Notes: generated by a model not told the origin, from the sequence alone. A DNA stretch of 64,000 bases from an uncultured Gemmatimonadales bacterium (GCA_963828735.1 CAWHFW010000005.1:1056001-1120000), one strand, 5' to 3'; positions 20,166 through 29,342 are shown, counted from the stretch's first letter. A program made the numbers and translations.

Positions 20166-22808
20166 TCACGATCCGTTCGCTAGCCGTTCGAACTTGGGAT
20201 CGCCGCGCAGGGGTGCGAAGCTAGGGTCAAGCCTCAGCCAGCCGGGCGAGAAGAAGGATGGGACACTCAGCATCGCCTCAAGCGTATCGAGCGCCTTCTC
20301 CCGCTCCCCGACAAGCAGGTAGATGCGCACTAGCTGGCGCTCGTTGTAGGGTTTGCCGATGGAACCCTTGATAAGCGCGACACCGCGCTCGCCCTCGCGA
20401 ATGGCCTCGAGCCGCCGGCCCAAGTATGCGAGTGCCACCCCCAGCGCGCTGTGAGCGCCGGCGTCATCCGGCGCTTTCCGCAAGACATTCTCTAGGCCTA
20501 TGCGTGCCGAGTCGGCGTAGAAACGCACCCGAGCTTGATCACCTCGGAGGGCATAGATCTCGGCAAGCGCGAGCCCCCAATTGCCGCGATTACCATCAAA
20601 GTCATCCGGCACTAAGTGGAGGAGCCGCACTTGCTGAGCACTATCGAGCAGCCAGTACACCGGCGTATAGAGATCGGAAACGTATGGCAATAGGGTCGTG
20701 GCTTTCACAGCTCGGGCCGCCGCCCGCAAGGCGTTCTGGGCACCTGCCAGGTCGCCTTCTCCGACGTAAGTCTCAACCCTCATCTCCAGCACCTCTACCT
20801 TGTCGGGAACCAGGGCAAGCACATGGTCCGCCTCTTGGCGCGCCTCACGCCAGCGTCGAAGCGAGTTGAGGAGAGTAGTCAACCTGGATGACGGCAGGAT
20901 CGAGCGCGGGTCGAGAGCCTGCGCCTGCTTGAGATGTCCAATAGCAGCCTCCCACCGACCCAAGAAGTACTCCGCTGTCCCGGCCTGTGTAAGCAGCTCC
21001 ACGTTGGTCGGAGTGACCTGGAGCCCAGTCTTGTAGGCTTCAAGCGCCCCCGCGAAATCCTCGCGAACGAGAAACAGGTACGCCCCCCAGGCAAACTGCG
21101 ACTCGGGCCGGCCAGGCCCGAGCGCCCGAGCGCGCTCCGCGGCCACGCGCGCAGCTTCAGCGGTGGATGGGCTTGATATACCTACCGCGTATAGGTGCGC
21201 ATGCGCGCGGGCAAGCTGGGCCCAGGCCGCCACGAAGTTCGAGTCCAGCGTCACCGCCCGTTCATAGAAGCCAATGGCCCGGTGCAGGGTGGGGATGTCC
21301 CACGCATCACCTGATGAGACAGCCTCGCCCTTGAGGAAAGCATCGTACGCCGCGGCGTTGGCCGTCGGCGGCTGGGCGAGGAGCCGGCGCTGGTCCTCGC
21401 CCAGGACAACGTCCAAAGCCTCAACCACACGGCTTGCGATGTCTGCTTGCACCTGGAAGACACTGGTGAGAGAGGCATCGAACGGCTGCTGCCACTTCAT
21501 CGCCCCGGTACTGGCATCCACCAGCTCGGCGCTGACGCGCACACGCCTCTCGCTCGAGGCGTGCTTCTCCCACTGCACTCGTCCGAGGAGCAGATACCGA
21601 ACGGCTAGCTCGTGCGCGATCTTTCGAGGGGACTCGGTGGTATTTCGATACTGATTCGAGCTAGTGGAGGCAATCACCGTGAGGGCTGGCAGGTTGGCCA
21701 GCTTGCCCCGAATCTCACTTGCGATACCCTCCGCAAGATATGCCTCACTGGTGTCGCCCAGATTGTCAAACGGGAGAACGGCCAACCGCGTAGGCTGTGC
21801 AGTTCCAGCGGCCGCTGGAACTGCCTCCCGGTGACGTCCGCGTGAGGCGAGTACGGCAGTGCCGACCACCGCGATCACCACGAGCAGCACGCCTGCCTTC
21901 GTTCGTACGGACCTCCAAGGATCCAGTACCTGCGGCGACGCTCTGACCCATGAATTAGAGGCCGACGACATCGCCGCAGGATTCGCGAGCGCTGCAGCGA
22001 ACTGGCCGGCGGATCTAAATCGGTCGGCCGGGACTCTTGCCAGCGCCTTGAATACGACGGCTTCAATGCCTGTCGAGACGGTGTCTCGAACGGTGCGCAG
22101 CGGACGCGGGTTCTCGGTCAAGCGGCGCGTGATGATGGCCTGGGTCGTGGGGCCGGTGAACGGCGGCTCGCCAGCGAGCATTTCGTAGAGTACCGCGCCC
22201 AGCGAGTAGAGGTCGGTGCGCAGGTCTACTTCCCTGTCCCCGCTCGCTTGTTCGGGGCTCATGTAGACGGGCGTTCCCACGGCCAAACCGGTATTGGTCA
22301 GATGCTCCTGGTCGGCTCCCACCGCTCGGGCCACGCCGAAGTCCGCCACAAGAGCGTCCCCGCTAGCCGTCAGCAGAATGTTTTCGGGTTTGATGTCACG
22401 GTGAATTACGCCTTGGGCGTGAGCGCATTCCAGGGCACGCGCAACCTCGCCGGCAATGCGGATGGCGTCATCTGTCGGTAATTGACGTTCGCGCCGCAAG
22501 CGGTCGCGCAACGATTCTCCGTCGACAAATGGCATCGTGTACCACAGATGCCCGGCTATTTCCCCGGAATCGTGCACCGGGAGAATATGGGGATGCTGCA
22601 GCCCAGCGGCGAGTCGGATCTCTCGCTGGAACCGTTCCGGCCCGAGGCTCGCCGCCAACTCGGGGCGGAGCACCTTGAGCGCGACCTTCCGGTCATGCTT
22701 TAGGTCGTTCGCGAGGTAGACCGTAGCCATGCCGCCCCGGCCGAGCTCGCGCTCGATGAGGTAGCGGTCGCGGAGAGCGTCCCCAAGTTGGATGGTGATG
22801 TCGGCCAC
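20166..22808 (-). CDS. Membrane Ser/Thr protein kinase with TolB-N-like and TPR domains
   Basis: Intact kinase motifs; RLAVLPFDNL; C-terminal SPGWLRLDPSFAPL; paralogue of 13209..15878. Confidence 0.93.
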   Translation of the reverse strand: MADITIQLGDALRDRYLIERELGRGGMATVYLANDLKHDRKVALKVLRPELAASLGPERFQREIRLAAGLQHPHILPVHDSGEIAGHLWYTMPFVDGESLRDRLRRERQLPTDDAIRIAGEVARALECAHAQGVIHRDIKPENILLTASGDALVADFGVARAVGADQEHLTNTGLAVGTPVYMSPEQASGDREVDLRTDLYSLGAVLYEMLAGEPPFTGPTTQAIITRRLTENPRPLRTVRDTVSTGIEAVVFKALARVPADRFRSAGQFAAALANPAAMSSASNSWVRASPQVLDPWRSVRTKAGVLLVVIAVVGTAVLASRGRHREAVPAAAGTAQPTRLAVLPFDNLGDTSEAYLAEGIASEIRGKLANLPALTVIASTSSNQYRNTTESPRKIAHELAVRYLLLGRVQWEKHASSERRVRVSAELVDASTGAMKWQQPFDASLTSVFQVQADIASRVVEALDVVLGEDQRRLLAQPPTANAAAYDAFLKGEAVSSGDAWDIPTLHRAIGFYERAVTLDSNFVAAWAQLARAHAHLYAVGISSPSTAEAARVAAERARALGPGRPESQFAWGAYLFLVREDFAGALEAYKTGLQVTPTNVELLTQAGTAEYFLGRWEAAIGHLKQAQALDPRSILPSSRLTTLLNSLRRWREARQEADHVLALVPDKVEVLEMRVETYVGEGDLAGAQNALRAAARAVKATTLLPYVSDLYTPVYWLLDSAQQVRLLHLVPDDFDGNRGNWGLALAEIYALRGDQARVRFYADSARIGLENVLRKAPDDAGAHSALGVALAYLGRRLEAIREGERGVALIKGSIGKPYNERQLVRIYLLVGEREKALDTLEAMLSVPSFFSPGWLRLDPSFAPLRGDPKFERLANGS

Positions 22809-22977
22809 GGCTGGCCTAGAGTGGAGGATCTTGGAATCTGTACTGTCTCACTGCGACTTGCTAGCACGAGGGACGTCTGCTAGCGCCTCGCATCCCTGCT
22901 TGTACTCGGTACAGCGGCAAATTCTTCGAAGAATCGAGGGAGCGTGGAACGTTACTGACATTTTTGAGAGTTGTCTT

Positions 22978-23033
22978 TATACCCTTCATTCCTTTGGAGG
23001 GTTAAGAGATAGGTTGGGGTGATCAGTTCACCC
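22978..23033 (+). repeat. Site S6 (spacer TTCCTT) with P-type right flank
   Basis: TATACCCTTCA-TTCCTT-TGGAGGGTTAA-GAGATAG...TCAGTTCACCC; core 22978..23005. Confidence 0.7.
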
Positions 23034-23133
23034 GACTACATTCTTACTGGCAGAATCAGCAGGTGCACGCCAGACGTCCAAATCGGTTGATTAGCCCCCT
23101 GACCTGGCTCGGTTCAGGAACTGAGAGCTACCC

Positions 23134-24858
23134 GTGCTCCCGAGGCAGACCTTGAAGCTCGTCTCCTTCGCGATCCGCAACTTCCGCAGCATCAGCAATA
23201 CTTCCAAGCTCCCCATTCGTGATTCAGTCACTGCTCTCATTGGACCAAACAATGAGGGCAAATCGAACCTGCTACGAGCCCTGGTGACTGCGATGGAAGT
23301 AGTAAGCAAGCTCGAGGCCTACACCCTTACTCGGCACGGCCGGATCAGGGGCTACTTAATGATGGACAGGGCCTACAATTGGCCGCAGGATTACCCGATT
23401 CATCTGCAGGACAAGAACCCAGAAGGGGAGTCGCAGTTTGACCTGGAGTTCGAGCTAACTGATGCGGAAGTGTTGGCCTTCAAGCAAGAGGTGGGCAGCT
23501 CACTCAATGGGACGCTTCCCATTCGCATAACGATCGGCAAGAATGAGCCGAAGTTCAGCGTACGCAAACAAGGCCCTGGTGCGAAGACGCTTTCTGCGAA
23601 GGCAGACAAGATCGCAGCCTTCATCGGGAAACGGCTCGACTTTCAGTACGTACCGGCTGTCCGGCCCGCGAGTGCCGCGACCAACGTAGTAGAAGAGATT
23701 GTCGCTCGCGAGTTGCAGACGTTGGCGCAAGACGAAGAGTATCGTGCGGCGGTCCAGAGAATTGAGGAACTCCAGGAGCCCATCCTGCACACTATCTCAG
23801 AGAATATTCGAGACACCTTGCAGGCATTTCTCCCAAACGTTAAGGGTGTCAGAGTTGCGGTGCCCCAGGATGCCCGCTATCGAGCTCTCTCACGTTCCTG
23901 CGAAGTGATAGTAGATGATGGCACGCCCACAAACTTGTCGCGCAAAGGCGATGGAGTGCAAAGCCTTGCCGCACTAAGTCTGATGAGGCACGCCTCTCAA
24001 AGAACTGCGAAAGGTCGCCAGTTGATTTTGGCAATTGAGGAACCAGAGTCGCACTTGCACCCGAAGGCGATTCACCAACTTCGCACGGTCTTGACTGAGA
24101 TCGCGGGTCAACATCAAGTCATTATCACTACTCATTGTCCGGTGTTTGTCGACCGCGCCGATCCCAGTGCTCACATTCTTGTCACTGAGAGCGAAGCGGC
24201 GCCTGCAGAGTCTGTCCAGGAGATCCGTGACATCCTCGGAGTAAAGGTATCCGACAATCTGACCACTGCCGAGGTGGTTCTCCTTGTGGAGGGAGAACAC
24301 GACAGGACAGCTATTAGGGAGTTGCTAGTACACTCCTCGCCAGTTCTGGCTAAGGGGCTTTCGCAAGGTGCGCTTGCGATTGACAGCCTCTTGGGAGGAG
24401 GGAATCTGGCATACAAAGCCTCGCAGGTGCGTGATGCTATGTGTGTCGTTCACGCGTTAATTGACCACGATCAGAGCGGGAAAACCTCCGTTCAGCGGGC
24501 GGTAACGGAAGGCCTGTTGACGATAGCCGATGTGACTTATACCAGTTGTTTGGGAATGACAGAGTCCGAGATCGAGGATTGGTATAATCCGGCGCTCTAT
24601 GTACCCGTGTTAGCAGCGGACTATTCCCTGAACGCGACTAGTCCACACTTTACCTCAACAAAGAAGAAGTGGACCATACGCATGAAGGAGCTCTTCATGT
24701 CGAGCGGCAAGGGCTGGGATGAGAAGGTCGAGGGAACAATCAAGCGGCGGGTTGCCGATACTGTTGCTGCGAATGCAGCGGGAGCCATTCACCCTGCGCG
24801 TTCCGACGGCATGGCCTCGCTCGTTGGCGCCCTTGAAGCAAAACTTGGCAAAGTGTAA
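23134..24858 (+). CDS. OLD-family ATP-dependent nuclease (ABC ATPase plus TOPRIM)
   Basis: IRNFRSI, GPNNEGKS, IEEPESHLHP, TTH, VEGEHD, DHD. Confidence 0.85.
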   Translation: MLPRQTLKLVSFAIRNFRSISNTSKLPIRDSVTALIGPNNEGKSNLLRALVTAMEVVSKLEAYTLTRHGRIRGYLMMDRAYNWPQDYPIHLQDKNPEGESQFDLEFELTDAEVLAFKQEVGSSLNGTLPIRITIGKNEPKFSVRKQGPGAKTLSAKADKIAAFIGKRLDFQYVPAVRPASAATNVVEEIVARELQTLAQDEEYRAAVQRIEELQEPILHTISENIRDTLQAFLPNVKGVRVAVPQDARYRALSRSCEVIVDDGTPTNLSRKGDGVQSLAALSLMRHASQRTAKGRQLILAIEEPESHLHPKAIHQLRTVLTEIAGQHQVIITTHCPVFVDRADPSAHILVTESEAAPAESVQEIRDILGVKVSDNLTTAEVVLLVEGEHDRTAIRELLVHSSPVLAKGLSQGALAIDSLLGGGNLAYKASQVRDAMCVVHALIDHDQSGKTSVQRAVTEGLLTIADVTYTSCLGMTESEIEDWYNPALYVPVLAADYSLNATSPHFTSTKKKWTIRMKELFMSSGKGWDEKVEGTIKRRVADTVAANAAGAIHPARSDGMASLVGALEAKLGKV

Positions 24859-24960
24859 TGCGGCTGACCTAGGGCCGATCTGTAAGGTCAGACCGACGAG
24901 CGGCTCGCAATATTCTGTTGCCCGGAACAAGTACCTGCAGAACCTCGCCCTTCCGGCGGA

Positions 24961-26355
24961 CTAGGCACCTCGAATCTTCCACAGGCTTTGGCCTGGCCAG
25001 CTGACCCGCCGTGACCTTGAAACTCGATCCTGCTCAAACGCCTCGGGGTTTGCTCCTGCAATCAACCGCCGAACAGCGACAGAGCTTATCGTGACATCAA
25101 CCAATTCTGGATCAAATTGAGTTCCCTTGCACTTTTGAAGTTCAGCCACGACTATGTCCAAGCTGAGGCGCTTTCGGTAGGGCCTGTCGGTCGTCATCGC
25201 ATCGATGGTATCCGAGATCAGGATGATACGTGCTGCCAGGGGAATGCTCTTGCCCGACAAGCCCATGGGGTACCCTTGACCATCCCAACGCTCGTGGTGG
25301 TGCCGTACCGAATCCTGAATGAAGCCACGGAACGTGGAGATGATCCCGACGAGTTCTGCGCTCCTCATCGAGTGGGTCTGCATCAACGCGGTCTCTTCTT
25401 CCGTTAGCCGCCCTTCCTTCCGAAGAAGTGGGGCAAATTCCTCGTGAATCTTTCCAACATCGTGTAGCAGCGCCGCCGTTTCGACTTGTTCAATCTCCTT
25501 TGCAGGAAGCCCCATTTCGACTGCAATCGCCCGCGACAGTTGGCTCACCCGGACGGAGTGACCTGAGGTATAAGGATCTCGGGCTTCTATGGCTTTCACC
25601 ATCAACTGGAGCAACTCCTGTCCACTGTCCTGGAGTTGGTGGTACAAGCCGTACACATGCCGAACAGCCACGATCGGAAGTATTACGCCGACAAGTCCGA
25701 TGGGCCCGAAGCCGAGCCACCGCTGCACTGACGTGTAGAGCCACGCTACGAGCAGCGAGATCAAGCTTGCGCCAATGTCGTAGCCTAGCACGCCCCGTGT
25801 ATTGAGACTCCATACCTCACGGAATGAACGCTCAGAGCTTATGGCAACTACGAGGCTTACTAATACGGAGTTGACTAGAAAGTAGGTCGCGGCAAACAGG
25901 AAGAAGAGGCCGAGGTCTCTCTGGAACAAGTCCGAGGAAAGAGTAGCTCCAGGGTTGAGATAGGACGGTGGAAGCTGACCCCCAAGACTTGAATAGACGA
26001 GCGCTGCAGCTACAACGGATACGATTCGCTGAGAGACATTGAACACAATCTTGATCGGCTGGCTTCCTCGCGCGAGATCCCCGAAGCAGGTCGACACACC
26101 TGCGACGAGGCCACTCCAGAAGCCTCCAAAAAGCAGTCCAGCTGCGATATGCATGATGAAGGACGTAGAGCCCTTCGCTTGCACGCGCAGCTGAGTATTG
26201 AGGGTCTCAAGCACGAACGCGATAACAACGAAGCTTCCGAACGCCCACCAACCGGGGAATGGAAGAGCCGTGGCTTTCGCCAAGACTGCCAGCCCGAAGG
26301 CCGTAGCCGTGACTGTCGCGACTACGAGGTGTGTGCGCTGTTCGCGTGACATCAT
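24961..26355 (-). CDS. Membrane-sensor HD-GYP cyclic-dinucleotide phosphodiesterase
   Basis: Multi-TM N-terminus; EARDPYTSGHS, HDVGKI, HHHERWDGQGYP, DTIDAMTTDRPYR. Confidence 0.92.
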   Translation of the reverse strand: MMSREQRTHLVVATVTATAFGLAVLAKATALPFPGWWAFGSFVVIAFVLETLNTQLRVQAKGSTSFIMHIAAGLLFGGFWSGLVAGVSTCFGDLARGSQPIKIVFNVSQRIVSVVAAALVYSSLGGQLPPSYLNPGATLSSDLFQRDLGLFFLFAATYFLVNSVLVSLVVAISSERSFREVWSLNTRGVLGYDIGASLISLLVAWLYTSVQRWLGFGPIGLVGVILPIVAVRHVYGLYHQLQDSGQELLQLMVKAIEARDPYTSGHSVRVSQLSRAIAVEMGLPAKEIEQVETAALLHDVGKIHEEFAPLLRKEGRLTEEETALMQTHSMRSAELVGIISTFRGFIQDSVRHHHERWDGQGYPMGLSGKSIPLAARIILISDTIDAMTTDRPYRKRLSLDIVVAELQKCKGTQFDPELVDVTISSVAVRRLIAGANPEAFEQDRVSRSRRVSWPGQSLWKIRGA

Positions 26356-26395
26356 TAGGTAGACAAAGGACGGGGATCCAGGTCCTAACAAGTTC

Positions 26396-26479
26396 TTACG
26401 ACCAAACCTGGCCTTCACTCTTGCCGAACATACCAGCAAGGAAGTAGGCAACCGATGCGAGCAGGTTCACTTTCAACAT
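26396..26479 (-). CDS. 27-aa small peptide MLKVNLLASVAYFLAGMFGKSEGQVWS
   Basis: Strong SD GAAGGGGGTGA before ATG; basic/hydrophobic/polar-Trp layout; 40 bp upstream of the HD-GYP gene. Confidence 0.65.
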   Translation of the reverse strand: MLKVNLLASVAYFLAGMFGKSEGQVWS

Positions 26480-26700
26480 GAGCGTCACCCCCTTCGAGGG
26501 AAAAAACGTACTGCGTGAAGGAAGTGGTAAGCCTCGCTATGGCATACCAGACGCTCCGCTCCATCAATTGTCCGCTAGTCTCCGCTGCACTGCACTCACT
26601 AACGAAGACCGGGATCCCCTTTACCCCTGTGTTCCTTTCCCGAGTAGGGTTGGCCTGCACCGTCGTACAGCCCGTGCCCCTGCCCTGACATTCCTCCTGA

Positions 26701-26716
26701 TGCAACGGGCGCACCT
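26701..26716 (-). promoter_or_regulatory. Possible sigma54 -24/-12 promoter
   Basis: AGGTGCGCCCGTTGCA (GG-N10-GC with TTGCA) upstream of the peptide/HD-GYP unit. Confidence 0.35.
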
Positions 26717-26827
26717 CTGGGGTGCGCCCACCAGCATTCGCGTCTATTCCCGGCACACGGGGCAACGGCCACGAACCGGCCCCGTACGAACGATTCCCTG
26801 TGATGCCCTACCTTCCCTGCCCGACCC

Positions 26828-27574
26828 TCAGTTCGGCCGGCGCGCTTCCGTCCAGCGGTTCGTCGCATCCAGCACGGCGAACACCGCCGCCCGCTCCGCG
26901 CTCTCCTTGATCTCGCTGGTGCCGGTCATCAGAGTCGTCTCCCGGCCCCCCAGTCCCTGCACCGCCACGAACGCGAACTCGCGATCGAAGCCCTCCACGA
27001 TCTTGGCGCCCTCGAGCGCGATGCTGCTGTCCGTGAGCAGCCGGTCCAGCACCGACACCGCCGCCTTGGCGGCCCCCTCCACCCGGCTCCGCGGCGTGTC
27101 GCTCGCCTCCTCCTCCGCCGTCTCGGTCTGCGACCGGTAGGAGAGCGTCACCGTGATGGCGATGCGGTGCGGCCGCTTGCCCGGCGCGACGGTCATGTTC
27201 TCGAACAGGACCGTCCGCTGCAGGACCCGCTCGCGCACCGAGTCGCGCTCGAGCGCCTCGATCGGCTTCACGTCCGCCGTCTGCGCGATGCTGATCTTGC
27301 GGTGGTCCACCTTGAGGCCGAGCTGCGCCAGGAGCGCGCTCTCGATGTTCCGCACCAGCTGCTTCGCCTGCAAACCCGACTGCGCGAGGATGTGGATCTC
27401 GCTCACTTCCCCCAGGGGCGTCGTCACCACCCGCGCGCTCAAGATGCCTTCGAGGCTCGTCAATAAGTTCTCCGCCCGGCGCACGCCCCACGGATCCGGC
27501 GCGGCGTCGGTCGCAGTAGCGCGGCCCGGCGTCGCCGTAGACGGCGGCTGCTGGCGGGGACTGAATCCGGTCAC
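26828..27574 (-). CDS. Conserved hypothetical protein
   Basis: KQLVRNIESAL...VDHRKISIAQ...AVLDATNR; host-like codon usage; AAGGA RBS. Confidence 0.8.
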   Translation of the reverse strand: MTGFSPRQQPPSTATPGRATATDAAPDPWGVRRAENLLTSLEGILSARVVTTPLGEVSEIHILAQSGLQAKQLVRNIESALLAQLGLKVDHRKISIAQTADVKPIEALERDSVRERVLQRTVLFENMTVAPGKRPHRIAITVTLSYRSQTETAEEEASDTPRSRVEGAAKAAVSVLDRLLTDSSIALEGAKIVEGFDREFAFVAVQGLGGRETTLMTGTSEIKESAERAAVFAVLDATNRWTEARRPN

Positions 27575-27616
27575 GTTCGTATTTCCTTGTTGTCCTGCGA
27601 TGTGTGGCTTCACGCG

Positions 27617-29338
27617 CTACGCAACGGCGTTTCTGCCCGCGGCCTTGGCCCGGTAGAGCGCGCGGTCCGCGCTCACCAGCAGGTCGCCCTCCGACGGCAC
27701 CCGCGGATCGAACTCGGCGAGGCCGACGCTCACGGTGATGAGCCCCGGCGGATAGCCCAGCCGACGCCCGATCCCCTCGATACCCGCCCGGAGCGCTTCC
27801 GCCACCCGGGCCCCGCCCTGAAGATCGGTGCGGGTCAAGATCACCACGAATTCGTCACCGCCGTAGCGCGCGGCCACGTCCGACGCGCGTACCGCGTTCC
27901 GGATCTCACCCGCCACGGCGCGGAGGACCTCGTTCCCCGCCTCGTGGCCGTACTGGTCGTTCACGTCCTTGAACTTGTCGAGGTCGAGAAACAGGACCGC
28001 GAACCCTTCGTTGCTGCGCTTGCTGCGCTCCACCTCGAACGCCAGCCGGTCGCGCAGCAGCCGGTAGGTCGTGAGCCCCGTCAGCGTGTCCACCGCCGCG
28101 GCCCGCTGCGCCTCCGCCACCCGGCGCTCCTGGTACGGCGTGCACTGCCGCATGCTGGCCCGGCCGAGCACCGCCGCCTCGGCGAACCGCCGGCAGGTGT
28201 CGAACCCGCAGGCCCGGCAGTCCCATGCCTTCCCGTTGGGACCCAGCCCGATCTGCTCCAGCACGCCGCGCACCGCCACGGGGTCCGGCGGGATCCGGCG
28301 CGGCTTGAACGCGAAGGTCGCGCCCACGCTGGCGACCACCCCCGCGTCCACCACCGGCTGCCGGCTCCGCGGAGCCTCCACGCTCGCCAGCAGCTCGCGG
28401 CGCCAGAACAGCCGCTCCTGCGGGCCGGACAGCGGGTGGTCCAGGATCCCCTCGGACGAGAGGATGTCCACGAAGCCCAGGTCCAGCCGGTCCACCGCCA
28501 CCGCCCGCGCCACCGCCGGGAGGGCGTCGAGCCCGCGGATCTTCCGGAACCGCCGGCTCGACTGCCGCGCCTCCTCGAGCAGCGCCAGGGGAAGTCCCCC
28601 GGCCGCGCTCAGGTGCCGTCGGCGCTCCTCCGGCACCCGGTGGAACCAGGTCGGCTGCGACAGCACGTCCACCCCGCGAATGCGGAAGAGCTGGTCGAGA
28701 TCGCCGAACGTGATGGCCGCATCGAGATCAGGGCTGCTGACCGGCGGGCACACCCCCGCGTACGCGATCCTGAGCCCATCCCCGTGCTGAGCCCGCAGAT
28801 ATCGGGCCTCGGCGACCGCCGGGACCGTCACCGGCGCCAGGTAGGGCAGAAGCTCCGGGTACTGCGCCCGCACCGTCTCGACCACGACCGGGTCGGTGGA
28901 CCGGATGAGGGTGCCCCAGGGCTCCTCTTCCCACAGCTTAAGGTATTCAGCCGCAACGAGTTCGTCGCCGATCACCCCTCGGGTGACCGTACGGAACCCC
29001 GCTTCATAGCAGGCGTTGATCAGCTGTTCTGGACTGGCTGGGTAGAAATACGCCACCGATTCGGGGCTCAGGATGAGCACCCCGTCGCCCTGCGAGGCGA
29101 TGGCAAGAGCCCGCCCGATCTCGCCGTTTACCTTGACCGCCCCGTGGGGGCAGGCCGGAAGGCAACGGCCACACCGGATACAGGCCTCGTCCACCACCTG
29201 CAACAGCAACGGATCGTCGCCCGCCACCGCGACCGCATCGGTGGGGCACACTCGCACACACGCGAGGCACGCGACACATAACTCGGCGTCGATGACGAAA
29301 TTCAAGAGACCCGACCGGTCGGGGGCAGGGGGAGCCAT
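27617..29338 (-). CDS. GGDEF protein with 2x[4Fe-4S], [FeFe]-hydrogenase-like and FeS sensor domains
   Basis: CVACLACVRVCP, CIRCGRCLPACP, DCRACGFDTC...C, DLDKFKDVND, RYGGDEF. Confidence 0.9.
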   Translation of the reverse strand: MAPPAPDRSGLLNFVIDAELCVACLACVRVCPTDAVAVAGDDPLLLQVVDEACIRCGRCLPACPHGAVKVNGEIGRALAIASQGDGVLILSPESVAYFYPASPEQLINACYEAGFRTVTRGVIGDELVAAEYLKLWEEEPWGTLIRSTDPVVVETVRAQYPELLPYLAPVTVPAVAEARYLRAQHGDGLRIAYAGVCPPVSSPDLDAAITFGDLDQLFRIRGVDVLSQPTWFHRVPEERRRHLSAAGGLPLALLEEARQSSRRFRKIRGLDALPAVARAVAVDRLDLGFVDILSSEGILDHPLSGPQERLFWRRELLASVEAPRSRQPVVDAGVVASVGATFAFKPRRIPPDPVAVRGVLEQIGLGPNGKAWDCRACGFDTCRRFAEAAVLGRASMRQCTPYQERRVAEAQRAAAVDTLTGLTTYRLLRDRLAFEVERSKRSNEGFAVLFLDLDKFKDVNDQYGHEAGNEVLRAVAGEIRNAVRASDVAARYGGDEFVVILTRTDLQGGARVAEALRAGIEGIGRRLGYPPGLITVSVGLAEFDPRVPSEGDLLVSADRALYRAKAAGRNAVA

Positions 29339-29342
29339 CTAG

